Shown here: positions 13,021 to 26,339 of the stretch, in pieces
Position numbering within the stretch: the stretch's first letter is position 1
Layout: every line of letters begins with the position of its first letter
Assembly (NCBI GenBank): GCA_013265495.1
Contig: MU058636.1
Coordinates: 9,626,176 to 9,690,175, forward strand
Origin: Vicugna vicugna
Taxonomy: Eukaryota
Reading direction: 5' to 3'
DNA length: 64,000 bases
Translations under genes and position numbers: made by a program
Notes under the pieces: model-generated
Told to the model about the DNA's origin: nothing
Databases searched by the model: none
Seen by the model: only the letters and a program-made list of their open reading frames with translations

Positions 13021-15044
13021 AAGGAGCAGAACCCTCCAGCTTCCTCCCCTTTGATTAGACAAAGCTGTGTAGCGCATCTCGTTCCACGTTGGCTTCGGTG
13101 GCCGCGAAGCTTAGGCTGTTCTGCGCTTAATTGCAATAGCTTTCCTCAGCTGTGTTATTTACGGTCTTATTTTTTCTTACTATTTTATTTTTAATGGTTT
13201 TTATTATAATTGTGTTATTTGTTATAAACTACTTAAATTTAGGTTTTGAAATTGGTAACATAAAAATATACTATTTATTTTGTACAAATATACATGTCAA
13301 AATATAGAGCATATGTGATATATATTCTTTCCTTGCCTGATAAAAGGTTAAGAGAAGGCAGGGGAGCATCACATCCGTTCATGGATGTAAAATTTAAGGA
13401 AGACAGTTGCAATCAGACATGACTTCACCACCCAGACAGCCACTATTAACAATCTGGTATATTTTCTCCCAGAGTTAGTATGTGTGCATAGTTATATTTT
13501 ACTGTACTTATGTAGTATTTCATGTGCATTTTCCTATACCTCTTATTTAGAAAAGTCATGTTTGTTTAATGGTGGCAGCATATTTTTTCTTATGAATGAG
13601 CCAACCTCAGTTTCATAAATTATCAGATATTATTTCCATTCTTAAACATAATAATTTGGTAAGTGTTTTTAAATCATGTTGTTGAAGGTTCAGCTGTACT
13701 AGGTATAGGTAAAACAAAAGGAAACAATACACTAAAGAGATTAATTTTCCAGCATGCCTAATAAATTGACTGTAAAGATAGATCCAAAAGAAACTCCCAA
13801 AAGGTTTTCATTAAAATGGTTATTTTGTATAGTCTCAAGGAATTTTATAAAGTGTTAATAATTACTTTAAATCCTATGTGATAATGATTGGGACTTTATC
13901 TAAAAGTATAAAACAAAACGTGTTAAGGTAACTTTTAGTTATTAGTATTTAATGAGATGATTAAAGACATGCACTATTTAAATCTGTATTTAAATTCAAG
14001 ATTTAATTAGGTGATTTACATTATCATTTGAGAAAAGCAGAACATGACTGCCACCTGGAGGACTTTTCCTTTCTGACTTTTTGTCATTCATGGGAGCATT
14101 TGACTTTGTGAATTTAAAAGCTCACGACCCGAGACTACAAACAAAACAAGGCTGGCGTGCATTATACTGTCTGTTCAAATGGTGTTAATGTTTATCTTTG
14201 TTCAGTTCCATTGGAATATTGTTAGATTGTAGAATATTACTGCCCAGTGAATGCTACTAGTGAAACACGTATGATTTTGTTTGCGTATCTTCAAATCTGA
14301 GATCTAGAAGCCAGGGATGTTGAATTTCTGCTCACGTAGTTTGTGTTCCTAACCTGCCTCTATTTGGTAACCCTGCTGAGTCCTTCGGGTCCCTGCAGGT
14401 TGAGTTCCAGACTGGAGTGTGCCCTTTCCTAATTGTCAGCTATTCTAGATAGGTTATATTCAGACAGTGTATTTAAAAGACTTTTTTAAAAATTACAATA
14501 GTATGCAGAAAAGGTGGGGAAGGCAAAGTGGAAGAGTGATTTTTTTGGATTAATGAGGAGTTATTAAATGAATTCTTGACTTCTGTTTCTAAGCTAAAAT
14601 GAAAAAAATAGACCTTTTTTTTTTTGGTTGTTGTGTACTTCATGTACAAGCTTCAGAGGCTTAGGATTTTTTAGTGACTGAGAAGAAATTAATTGGCATA
14701 TTTCTCTCCTGTAAGATAACCTTGTTATTACAAGGTTAACTGTTCAAGTACGTGTAAGTGGCTAGGGATTTGTAAAGCCTGGACCATTTGTGAACTTATT
14801 TCTTTTACCTAATGATTAACTCCTTTTACTGTGGCCTCTACTGCAGTAGAACAGTATCAGCCAGTTTATCACCTACATGCCTGATGAGCTTCTAATATTT
14901 GAGGGAGAAATGAGGCTTTTGAAGATGTTAAGACTCTCACACTTTTGTTTTAAAAGCTGTATCAGAGATGTAACTTGCTTTAAAGCTGTGCAAATGCGTA
15001 GTGTGCTTGATTTTTTTTATTGCCTTTTTTTCCCAATATTACAG

Positions 15045-15156
15045 TCAAAGATTAGAAATAAGAGCACAAGTTGCAGATGCCTTCTTATCCAAATTCCAGC
15101 TGACTGCTGATGAAATGAGTCTTCTCCGAGGTACAAGAGAAGGACCTATTACGGAG
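15045..15156 (+). CDS. COG6: COG6 exon 5 (112 nt)
   Basis: acag|T CAA ... GAG|gtattt. Encodes [37 protein letters not shown]. Confidence 0.97.
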
Positions 15157-16800
15157 GTATTTTGTTCAGCTAAACTCACCGAAGGTGCAGCAGTTACAGA
15201 TGTTACAAAGAACTCACTCTTTGTTAAGGCTTAATTTTACCACCTAAAATTTTTTTTTGATTTAAAAATGTTTTTAAATTTGGGTGCTTATTTTAAATTA
15301 CTTTAATTTGTTTTTTCAAAGCAGTATATATACTTTTGTTTTTGTTTTTGTTTTTAGAAGTCAAGGCTTATAAAGAAAACCTGCATCACCTTTTCCATTC
15401 CTTCCCTTCTTGTCACCATTTTCAACTTTGTTCATTGCTTCTTTTGTGAATTCTATATTCTAGCTCTATAGTTAGAAAGAATATGCTTTGATTATCTGTG
15501 TCAACTACTTTCTGTTGATTTCCTATCATGAACTGTGAGGATTTAGCCTCTTCCCCCAGGGCCCCCTCGTCCTTCACACTTACACGTTCCCTTCCTTCTG
15601 ACCTCGCAATACAGTTATGTGACATGTTCTGTTTCCATCACAGTGACATTATGAGTTCGTGTTCTTTCTTTTACAACTTTCTGTCTTTCCTGGAATTAGA
15701 ATTTCCTTATCTTTTCATTTGGTTAATTTCTGAACCCAGGCCATTCTCTTTCTAAACATACAAACTATAAAACCTCCCCAGATGCTGAACAACAGGGAAA
15801 GGTGTCATTCCTTTTTCTTTTTTTTCCTTGAAAGTGTTTAGTTTTTCCTGAAAAGAGTCTTTCAGTGTCCTAACTGGGGGACCTATAAACCTGTGCCTGC
15901 TGCCATCATTGTGGGGCCTGAGGGCAGGAGGAGTTCTTGAGGTGGGGTTGGGGGGAGGTTTACTGAGTGGCTCCTGATAGATGTCACTGTTACCCTACTG
16001 CCAGGGCTGGAGTGGAACCAGTCCTGGGCGTAGGGCATTGAGTAGGTGAGAGAACTGGTAGGCGCATTACTTATTAGTATTTATTGCCCTTGTAGTTTGA
16101 GGAACTTGGCACATTTGAAATATCTGACATCTCACCATTTTTCCCTCTGGCAGAAATAGTAAACAGTATTAGAAGAGATTTTTTAAAAATTTGTTCATTA
16201 AAGGAAAATAACTCATCCATAATTTTCATGGTTAGAACACTGCTTGTGGCTGTCTAGAAACTGAGGCTCCAGTACCTTTCTCTAAAGCAAAAAAAAAAAA
16301 CAAACCTGGGAGTTCAGCAGTCTATTCCTGTATATTTAATGAGCATCTTTTATACATCCAACTTTGCATTCTGCTTTTGGATGAGGGGGCAATAGTGGAT
16401 ATATAATAAACTTATAAACCATCATCTTTGATGATAATAAAGCCATGCTGAATTAAGTCATAAGCTGTGTAATATATAGCATGTTTTTCTTTATGTGACA
16501 ATCTTTAGATTTGCATTTCTCTTTTGCAAAGCTATGTACTTCTTGAAGACAGGGGTTTATCTTGTATCTGCAACTTAGCACACTATCTGACACATACGAG
16601 ACATTGAATTAATATGTCTTAAAACGTGAATAAATATCTGTTAACTTTTTATAGAAACTTAGAGAAAGTTGAGATTAGTATAGGAAGACTTCATTAGAGT
16701 AAGTGAAATAATTTGTCCTTTGCAGTGATATTTCGATTTAGAGTAATGTAATTTTACCTGAAAACATGAAAATTTTAAAATTACATTCTTAATTTTAAAG

Positions 16801-16883
16801 GATTTTTTCAAGGCACTAGGAAGAGTAAAACAGATTCATAATGATGTCAAAGTTCTCTTGCGTACAAACCAACAAACAGCAGG
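16801..16883 (+). CDS. COG6: COG6 exon 6 (83 nt)
   Basis: ttaaag|GAT ... GG|gtgagt. Encodes [27 protein letters not shown](G). Confidence 0.97.
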
Positions 16884-17244
16884 GTGAGTAGCCTTTTCAA
16901 TTCATAATTGTGTTTACCTCTTACATTTCCAAAATTTTAAAGACGTTCTCAGTTCTTTGTAAAGTACTTAACATTATGACATGTTGTGAAATAGAAGTGT
17001 AATCTTTATGTATCTTTGGATAAGGAGTAAAACTATATGGTTAGAGTAAAACAGCAGTCGGTTACCTAAGTGATGGCATTAAAACCTGACAGCATTTATT
17101 TAATTATAAAAAATTACTGAAAATTATTCCACAAAATGATAAGACCAAAAATCATTCTGTAATTAAACAAAATAATTAGGTTCTTAGATGTAGCTATTGG
17201 CTAAAACTTTTTAGTAAGTTATAATGAATCTTCAATTTTTTTAG

Positions 17245-17315
17245 TTTAGAAATTATGGAACAGATGGCCTTGCTTCAAGAAACGGCTTATGAAAGGCTTT
17301 ACCGATGGGCTCAAA
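17245..17315 (+). CDS. COG6: COG6 exon 7 (71 nt)
   Basis: tttag|T TTA ... CAA A|gtaggt. Encodes [23 protein letters not shown](S). Confidence 0.96.
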
Positions 17316-17609
17316 GTAGGTGGTTTCTTCTGTGCCGTCTAGATTCCTGAATATTAGTGTTTGATTTTGTTATTTCACTTTGTCTTTATTTGATACCATA
17401 TTTTGATCTTAGTAATCAAAAATTATTTTTAAAAAGAAAAACTTTATATTTGAGCATATTGTCTTTGTCTTTGTCCCATAAGCATCTGCTCTCATTCAAG
17501 CACTATATATAATTAAGGTTGGGAATTTTAAAAAGTCAGTATTTGTGCTCCAGATGATCTTAAAGTTGATTAGACTTCTCTTATGTACATAACTGTGTTA
17601 TAAATGATG

Positions 17610-18187
17610 AATTAATTTTCTGTTGCTGCTGTAACAAATTTAATACAATCTTGATGGCTTAAAACACACACATTTATTATCTTATAGTTCTGTAGGTCAG
17701 AAATCACTATGCTAAAATTCAAATGTGTACAGGGCTGCATTCATTTCTGGAGGCTCTAAGGAATAATCTGTTTCCTAGTCATTCAGTTTGTTGGCATAAT
17801 TTAGTTCTTTGAGTCTGAGGACCGAGCTCTGAGTTTCCTTGCTGGTGTCACTGCAGGCTTTTCCCAGCTTCCAGAGGCTGCCTGCATCCTTTGGCTTGCG
17901 GCCCCTCCCTCTATCTTTGAAGCCAGCAACAGAAAATTAATTCACTTTGAATCTCTCCTGCCTCTTCTTCCATCTCATATCTGTAGCTGACACTTCTGCT
18001 AGTCTCTTCCACTTTTAAGATCTGTATGATTACCTTGAACCTACTTTGAGTAATCTGGGAAAATGTCCATATTTTAAGGTCTGGCATCTTAATTCCATCT
18101 ACTAAGTCCCTTTTGCCACGTAAGATAACATATTCACAGGTTTCAGGGATTAGGGATCCTTGGACGACCATTATTTTGTCTACCACA
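17610..18187 (-). mobile_element. MaLR LTR (MLT1D-like), near full length
   Basis: ttttctgttgctgctgtaacaaat...ggcttaaaacac...tttattatcttatagttctgtaggtcagaa...ttttgccacgtaagataacatattcacaggtt...ctaccaca. Confidence 0.85.
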
Positions 18188-19470
18188 AATGGTTTACTTG
18201 CTTTAGCTTTGTTTTAAAATGTTTCAATAGTCTGTTCACAGAATTACCTGTTGAAAACAAAGTAGGTAGTTAAGACAAAGAATGGAACACATGCACGTTG
18301 CACGTGATATTTTAATAGGTGCTACCAGCTGACTGTTGGAAGGAGTTGGGATTAAATCCAGTTACCTGGCACTTGTGCGAGACTGGAAAACTTTATTATC
18401 TATTTCACGTGATTTACTCTTTAGCTCTGAAACCTGTTTCTTTTTCTCCCTCTCTTGTTTGTGCTATTTACTCCTATTTGGAGTGTTGTCTGGCTTTCTC
18501 TCTTTATATCCAAACCCTCCCTCGATCTTCATAGTGAAGCTTGGGTTTCACATCTTCTTGGAACTCTCCATGACTACATTAAATCAGTGATTTTTCCCAT
18601 CTCTGAACACTAACTGCTGAAAATATTTATTTGGTATTTCACAATTTACTGCTCTATACTTAACTTGTCATATATGTATGTCTTAGCTCTCCAGTTAGAT
18701 TTCTGTTTTCTTAAAGGCAAGGACATTGCCTTACATTTCTTTGTGCTCCGATGACATCTATCTGACATGGTAGTTCCAAACTGTGCCTTTCTGACTCCTA
18801 GGGACTCTGGAGTCATCATGAGGTGTCTCCAGTTCCATACATGGATTATATTTTTCTCAGTCAGTGCACACTAGGAAATACACTGCTAGCGAGTTCCTCA
18901 TATGCCAAAAGTTTGGGAATTTCTGAACAAGTTACGAGATTTTTCAACAGAATAGACATTTAATAAGCATTTTATGGATAAAATTAAAATAGTAAAATAA
19001 AGAACATGTTGAGATTTTTAAGAGTTTAAAGTCTAAACTACTTTGAAATTATCCTACTACTGTATATTAGTTGCCCATATAAACGGTTTGAGCAGACTGC
19101 TTACAGATTGCTCCCAAGGTAAGGAACTGGTAGTATATTTAGTTCTCCCTTCCCCTCTTGACTTTGCCACGTGTGTTGCAGTTATTTAGTGCATATTTGT
19201 CCATTTACTGCTTTCTTCAGAACTGTAGCTTTTTATAATAATAAAATATGTGGTATATCAGATAGCAAATGTGGTCATTTGAAGTTTTATAAATATTTAC
19301 GCTTAAATTTTTAGTTTAATAGCATGGGCTAGTTTTTGATTGACATGTCCTCTAGATTTTTCCGAGGATTTTTTTCGTGCAGTATTTAGACTCTGGAGTG
19401 TATAAGAGACATAATAGAGACCTAGTTTTAATTTAACATGTGTTATAATACAATGTTAACTATTTTCCAG

Positions 19471-19564
19471 GTGAATGCAGGACATTGACACAAGAATCAT
19501 GTGACATATCTCCAGTACTAACTCAGGCAATGGAAGCCCTGCAGGATAGACCTGTCTTGTACAA
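19471..19564 (+). CDS. COG6: COG6 exon 8 (94 nt)
   Basis: ttccag|GT GAA ... TAC AA|gtgggt. Encodes [30 protein letters not shown](K). Confidence 0.96.
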
Positions 19565-20364
19565 GTGGGTGGCTTTTTCCTAATTAAAAAAAACCCTACC
19601 TTTTCTTTGATAATTTACATTAACTTTCAGTATTATCAAATTCATATACAGTAGTTTGAACAATACAGTAATTTACAGTGATGTTTTTGTCTCATCTGGG
19701 AACCACTGGAGCATCAGTTTATTTGCACATTACATGCTGTAGAATGCAACATGGAGACGAAAACTTATATCAAGGCTACTTATTTGTGTAGAGGTCAAGG
19801 GCTTTTCCCCAGTCTGTCTTCTCATTAACAACTTGGAAATGTGTGTAATTAAAACTCCTGTATCATCCTTGCTTCAGAGAGAAGGAGGTTAAATAGACTG
19901 AAAAATGTAATTACTCACAGATGAAAAAAGAAATTTAAAATCAGGACTCCATTGTAGAACTCAAGAGAAGAAACAGTTCAGGTTTTTGATTCTGTAAGTT
20001 ATGCCAGCCAAGAGATAGGTGATAATGCTTTGGGTTAAGGATCTTATGCATTATTAACATACATTTTTTTTTATTCTGTATTTTAATTTTATTTTTCATA
20101 TAAAATAGAAGTAAATACTTTTTTATTTTTAATGCGTGGGATAGTATGAAAATAGGAAGACCAAGTGGGGAGTTAAAATTCAGGAAGCAGAAAGCCAGGG
20201 TACTCCTGCATAGGTGTTCAGTCCTGCTCTGAGTCATGCCTTTCAGATGCTTACATATTTTTAGAGGACTTCCTTCTTACTTTGTTTTCTGATTGGAACA
20301 TTACTTGTCCTGTAATAAGATTCGAAGACACCAGTGCTGGGACAGCTGCATAAAATACTACATT

Positions 20365-20750
20365 CCAGTGCACTTACCGAGGACTTACTACTATGAGTTA
20401 AGCACGGTTCTCAGTGCAACAGACTTAACATCAATAAAACATTGCCTTCAAATTGCTTTATTTTATAGAACCAGACATAAACAGATCCACTTTATTGGAT
20501 ATATTGTTTGCTTTTCTGAAAGTCCTGTCTCAAGTGGTTATGACTCAAGTATTCTGTGGTGGAGAAGGAGGCGAACACTAGAGGGGAAAGGAAACTTTCC
20601 TCCGGGAAGTAGGTGTAAAGGGAGTGCTGAAGGTTTAACAAGCATTTTCCAGGAAAAGAAGGGAAGAGAGAACATCTCAGGCAAGGGAAGAGCAGGTTGC
20701 AAAGCTGTGATTTGAGGAGGAACACGTGCCTTTAGGAAACGGCTAAAGCT
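20365..20750 (-). mobile_element. L2 fragment
   Basis: cacttaccgaggacttactactatg... and gagaacatctcaggcaagggaagagcaggttgcaaag resemble antisense L2. Confidence 0.5.
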
Positions 20751-21149
20751 TGCACAGGGGGTCGGCAGCAGGGGCTGGCGCGTCCCCGCCCGCAGGCTGC
20801 GAGGCGCCGTGATCGGCTGGCGTTCCTCGTGCAGCACTGGCTCAGCGACCTTTACCGACTTGCACATTTCTGTCTCAGCTTTTTCACCGTAAGTTATTGC
20901 TGTTTGATAATGAGAATCTTTTACTATTTGAAATACTTGGTGTTTGATTTGGTGTTTGTTTAATGATGTGTTACATTGTCTGCAGATTCATATTTGTTCA
21001 CAAGGTGGTTAATCTTTTTAAAAAATGCCTTTGTGTTTACTGGGCTTCTGGGAAGATCAGCTGACTTCAAACCATGTAGATATATTTTTTCTAAATTTTA
21101 TTTCTTGATCAATGCTTGGAAAGGAGCAATATTGCATAATGATCTAAAA

Positions 21150-21322
21150 GATGGGCTCTAAGTTAGATTTCTTGACAAGCCCCTGCACTTCGGTTTCCTT
21201 AAGCTGTAAAATGAGGATAAAAATAGTGCCTATCTTTCTGGGTTGTTGTAAAGATTAAATTAGAACGTTCACATAAGGTGTTTAGCATAATGCTTTACTT
21301 ATCACAAAATATTAGCTATTAT
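21150..21322 (+). mobile_element. MIR SINE
   Basis: cttcggtttccttaagctgtaaaatgaggataaaaatagtgcctatc...gggttgttgtaaagattaaat...ttagctattatt. Confidence 0.8.
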
Positions 21323-24056
21323 TTTTATTTTGAAAAGAGATGGAAGGTTGTCAGCTGACGAGAGGAGTACTTAGGGCCTACGTGACAGTGAGGCAAAACG
21401 CATGAAAGAAAGAATAGAGCTAAAATAGGCGAAGACTTGCCTCCACAGGGACCTGTTGGGGGTGGGGGCAGTGGTGCAATGTGGAAGGTTGTAAGAGGCA
21501 TTTGAGGTTGAATGGGGAAGAAGGAGGATTTTAGTGCCAGTTGATTACTGTAAGATGAGTGCTTAAAAGAAGAAAATTGGCCTTTCATCTTCAGTAATCA
21601 TCTATTTTCAAAGTGGTGTTTTCTTTCAATTTGGAAAAAACTTAATGATGTGTCATGTTAACCACCAGATGGCGCTACATGCACTTGATTTAAGTAATTT
21701 GCAAAAGCTTCACTATTCATTATTGTGTCTAAAATGTGTAGGTATCACGTACAAGAAAATGTCAGCTACTGAAGTCTTTGGGGAAAGCTGCCATACTCTG
21801 TTTTTCTTAGGTATTATGTAACTGGGATGTGAATGCCTTATTTTAACTTTTAATAAATCCAGTACAGAAATTTCAGGAAGAAATTTATTTTAAGTAGGAT
21901 GAACAAATTGATAGTCTTTCCTTCAGTGCATTAAGTTATTAAAGAATGTGGTACAGTGAACAACGCTGATTTTTTCTTCACTCTTTATTTGTTACATTTC
22001 TTAGGGAGGCTTTTACACTATTCTTCTTATCTTCTAATTTTTTTGACAAAAAATTTTTCATCTTTTAATTTGCTTTTTGACCAGAATTTTTCTTTTTTCT
22101 TGCTATGGCTAGACATAAAAAAGGAGAATTAAAATTTTTTATTTTAACTAGAAGCATTTTAGAATGTTTATGTAATTGTAGCATTCACCTTTGTAAAGCT
22201 ACATTTTCAATTTTTGACCTTTGTTGGAAAAGAATCTGTTTTTGGTCAAAGAAATTTTCGTATGTCTTGTGATCTCAAGATGTTTCATGTCTTCAGATAT
22301 CATTGAAGGTTCATTTTAATTCATGCTGTTCTTCAAGTTATATCTATTCAGGAGGATTAGCGTTAATGTTTATGTGTGTTTATTTTTTATATTATATAGA
22401 TTAGATTCTAGTGTTTATCAGGCTTTTGAAATTGCCTGATTTAAAATGCCCATTTAAAATGCCAGTGAATTCACTGGTTTTTGATGTAACTTGTGGTCAC
22501 AATGAATAGTCCTAGAAACAAGGATTACATTGTTTTCATTTATTGTGTAGCCAGTTGGGTCCTGAGAGTGCAAGTTAGTTTTATATATTTAAGAAGTTAA
22601 ACGTTTGTGAATTTTGTGCTATGATAAGGAGTCATCTGATCATAAGTCATTTCATAGAATTGATCATTTAAAGGAATGAATTCTTCAAAATAAACATTTA
22701 TGATTTAAGAGCATGAGTTAAAAATAGAAGTAAGCATTTTGGTTCTAATTTATTTTAAAAAATAGAAAGTGAACAGAAGGCAGTTGTGCACTTTAGCACA
22801 ACTTAGTTTGATTCTGCGTTTTCATCTTGACATACTGCTGGTATGTCACTGCAGGGAATTTCAAAACCATTTTGTTTTAACCAAAAATAGAGAAAACCAC
22901 AAATAAACATGATCTGGTTACTAGAGAACAGTCCTTTAAAAAGGTTCAGTGTCTTCAAAATTTAGAGCTATTGACCACTTCTTCACACTTTTCCCATTAT
23001 TTGAAAATATTCTCTCTTCCAGCTTTCTTATGTTTAAAAACGGTGGCTTTTTCATTAAATCAGTTGCATATTAAAGAAAACAGTATAGCCTAAGAAATTA
23101 TTTTGGAAACTTTTGGGAAATTTTGGTAACTTTGTTTATATGTGACATAATGAAATAATTCTCAGCATTTAGGAGAATACTGTTTAGAGATTTAAAAGTT
23201 AATGGGTCCAGAATCTGCTGACATTGGACTATGAAATAATATTTTGTTTTCCTGTGTACTTTTATAACAGAACTTTCAGTTGGTCATTGAGTGGTGATAA
23301 CGGGAAACAAAGGCTGATTCTAGTCAAAGAAACAGGCATTCTTGGCAACTCTAAGCCATCCTATGATTTCACCCCAAATTGTCTGATCCTTCAGGTCAAA
23401 ACTTTCCTTCCCTACAGATTCCTCAACTTCTAATGTCTTTTTTTTTCCAACCACAATGAATGACTTGTGAAAGAAACTATTTGCTGTATATACATAGTCA
23501 GTAAATTTAAGGAACATGTAATTTAATATTGGAGTCAAAATAAGCTTTTAAATATGGATAGTATATTTTGGGCAAATTTTAATGGTAAAAAATATATAAA
23601 TGAGAATTCCTAAATGTGGAAGGAAAAGTCTTAATTTTAGTTTGCAGAGTTCTAACTGTAACTAGCCTCTGAGAATTAGGTATCACAGCCTATGTGACAG
23701 TGGAGCATCATGTGTTGGACGAGAGGGGCTCTGAAACCTGCAGGTCCAGGATTGCCTCTTTGCCCTGATTTTTACTTTTACCAAGTCTACTGCTCTGTCC
23801 TTTTTTGCCACCGCCTCTGTTACTGTTCCCAAATCCCAGCATTCTTTCTCAGGAGTGAAAAGATGGGCCTCTAGATTGCGTTTTCATTATGATAAAGTTA
23901 TTTCATAAGTATATTTTGTTGTTTAGAACAGTATTGCTTAAGAGAGTTGTGTAAAGAGGCTTCAGATGCCTTGCTTATCTCGGAAATTTCATGAATAGTT
24001 TGATGTAGCCGTTAGAAAGAAAAATCACTGTTTTTCATATAACTTGTTTCTTCTAG

Positions 24057-24185
24057 GTATACTTTAGATGAGTTTGGAACAGCCAGAAGAAGTACAGTTG
24101 TTCGTGGATTTATTGATGCTCTTACAAGAGGGGGCCCAGGAGGTACACCTAGACCCATTGAAATGCACTCCCATGACCCTTTGAG
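24057..24185 (+). CDS. COG6: COG6 exon 9 (129 nt)
   Basis: ttctag|G TAT ... AG|gtatag. Encodes [42 protein letters not shown](R), including the conserved COG6 RPIE-HDPLR motif. Confidence 0.98.
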
Positions 24186-24262
24186 GTATAGCAGTCAGAC
24201 AGCATTGGAGTATTTGATGTTTTCCTGAAGGACGTTTTTACTAACATTCAGTTCTTTATTAG

Positions 24263-24354
24263 ATATGTAGGAGATATGTTGGCTTGGCTCCATCAGGCTA
24301 CTGCTTCTGAAAAAGAACACCTTGAAGCTCTCTTAAAGCATGTAACTACACAAG
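24263..24354 (+). CDS. COG6: COG6 exon 10 (92 nt)
   Basis: attag|A TAT ... CAA G|gtgggt. Encodes [30 protein letters not shown]. Confidence 0.98.
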
Positions 24355-25277
24355 GTGGGTCCTCCGATTGGTACTGCTAATGCCTGAGTGTGGTCAGTCG
24401 CACGGGACGTCTCTGTTTCTGTTCTTACTGCTCTTCTCTTCGTGGAGGTGAAGTCCTCACACATAGGTAACACAGTAAGCATCCCGATTATCTTCCCATC
24501 TCTCCTGCCCCCTCCCCTCCCCGAGACTTTGTTCTCTGTCGTTTTCCTCTTGCCACACAGCTGATCATACTTTAATACAGAACCCTAGGGACCCTGCAGA
24601 GTAAGCCCAGACCCCTCTGCTTCCCTGCTGCGGCCGTTCTGGAGTGCCTGGGGTAGAATATCTCAGCTCTCCTGTGCCGCCACCCTTTAAAGTCACAAGG
24701 TGGTGGTATTTTCCTTTTATGTGTGAGTCCACAGGCTGAGTGCCTGAAGGGCATTAAGCTGCTACTTCTTTCATTTCTACTGCTCAACCCCTTTTTTCAT
24801 TCTCACTTGAGTATTTTAAAGATTTTTGAATAATTACCTATGTACTAAATGTACTTAAAATTCTGGTCTTGATTTCAAGAGAAAAAAAATTATTTTTGAG
24901 TTGCTAATGTCTGTTTACAGAATTTCAAATCTTCTTAGTTGTGACTACCTTAAGATGCCTTTTGTAGAAGGAGTTAGTGGATGGTTAAGATGTTCTGTTT
25001 TTGATAGGAAATGAAGAGAACTATTGTGACTGGTGTCACTTGGCTATTTTGCATAGCTTGGCCCCCCGTCATCCCGGTTCAGCGCATCTGCAGGAGAGAC
25101 TGGTGTACAAATCGGTGGCAGGACTTAACCTCCTTGTTTTTAACTCTTATATTGAGATTAGGTTCAGCATATATGACTGATTGGCACAAAATCTGCACTT
25201 TTAAAAGTTATTTTCTGTTACCCTAATTACCAGTTTAAAAGAATGTATTTCTTTAAAAATGTTAATAAAGTATGCAT

Positions 25278-25450
25278 GAGAGGCAGTATTAAGAGGTGGG
25301 AAGAAAATAATTGGAGTTAGATGAAATAGGTTATTCTGTGGAATGGCATGAATTCTTCTAAACCTCAGTTTCTTCATCTGTAAAAATGAAGCTGGTTACA
25401 AGCAGTGTATACCAAGACCTTAATCGTCGGTAATTAGTAAATGTCAGTTT
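25278..25450 (+). mobile_element. MIR SINE fragment
   Basis: aacctcagtttcttcatctgtaaaaatg matches the MIR core. Confidence 0.65.
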
Positions 25451-25852
25451 TTCCATTAGATTGCAAGGTGTGTTTTCCATCTTTATACCTTCAGTTTGTG
25501 TGCTTAGCACTACTGTCTAGAATAAGGTGTTTGTGGAACAAAAGCTTGCACATCTTCACATCACCTCCTTCAGTTAATATATTTCAGAATCTTTTTTTCC
25601 TGTGGTTCATAATATTTATTCTTTTTCACAAAGAAAAATGTTCATTAATAAACAGTCAAATGAATTAACAGGACCCTCAACTCATTAACATAATTAAAGT
25701 CCTAAAAGATTTTGAACTTAAATATTATTATGGTTATTTTCAATGTTATTAATGCCATGAGTCATATGATGAGTGTTTGTTATTTTTTTGAACTTACGTG
25801 AAGCAGTGTAATACAGAAAAAAATTTCAGTTATGTCATATAATTAATTGCAG

Positions 25853-25917
25853 GTGTTGAGGAGAATATTCAGGAAGTTGTTGGACATATCACTGAGGGTG
25901 TGTGCAGACCTCTAAAG
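25853..25917 (+). CDS. COG6: COG6 exon 11 (65 nt)
   Basis: tgcag|GT GTT ... AAG|gtaaaa. Encodes (G)[21 protein letters not shown]. Confidence 0.97.
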
Positions 25918-26339
25918 GTAAAATATTTTGTTTTTAAATATGTTATATGGTATCTGGTTAAATTATTGCCTTATTCTGAGTTTAAAGAAATTCATAGCAG
26001 CTTGAATTTTTGCTTAACTTTGTCAAATTAACACATTAGTGTAGGATAATAACACACATTTTAAACTAATCAGTTTTCTCCCTAAGAAAATTTGAAATAT
26101 TCTTAGTTTGCATGTATTCACTTATTTTGTACATATTTTGTTTCCTATAGTAATTTATGTTAATCAGTTGAGAAAATGTCTATTAAATTGAAATAATGAA
26201 TCTATGAACTCTAAACAGAAATTTACTAAGAGCATATTTTATTTACTTTATTGCTTCAAGCATAGTAAATGTTTTTGTTTATTCTAACAATAAATAATGA
26301 TAAGGATAAAATAATGTGCGTAAGTATTACTATCAATAC

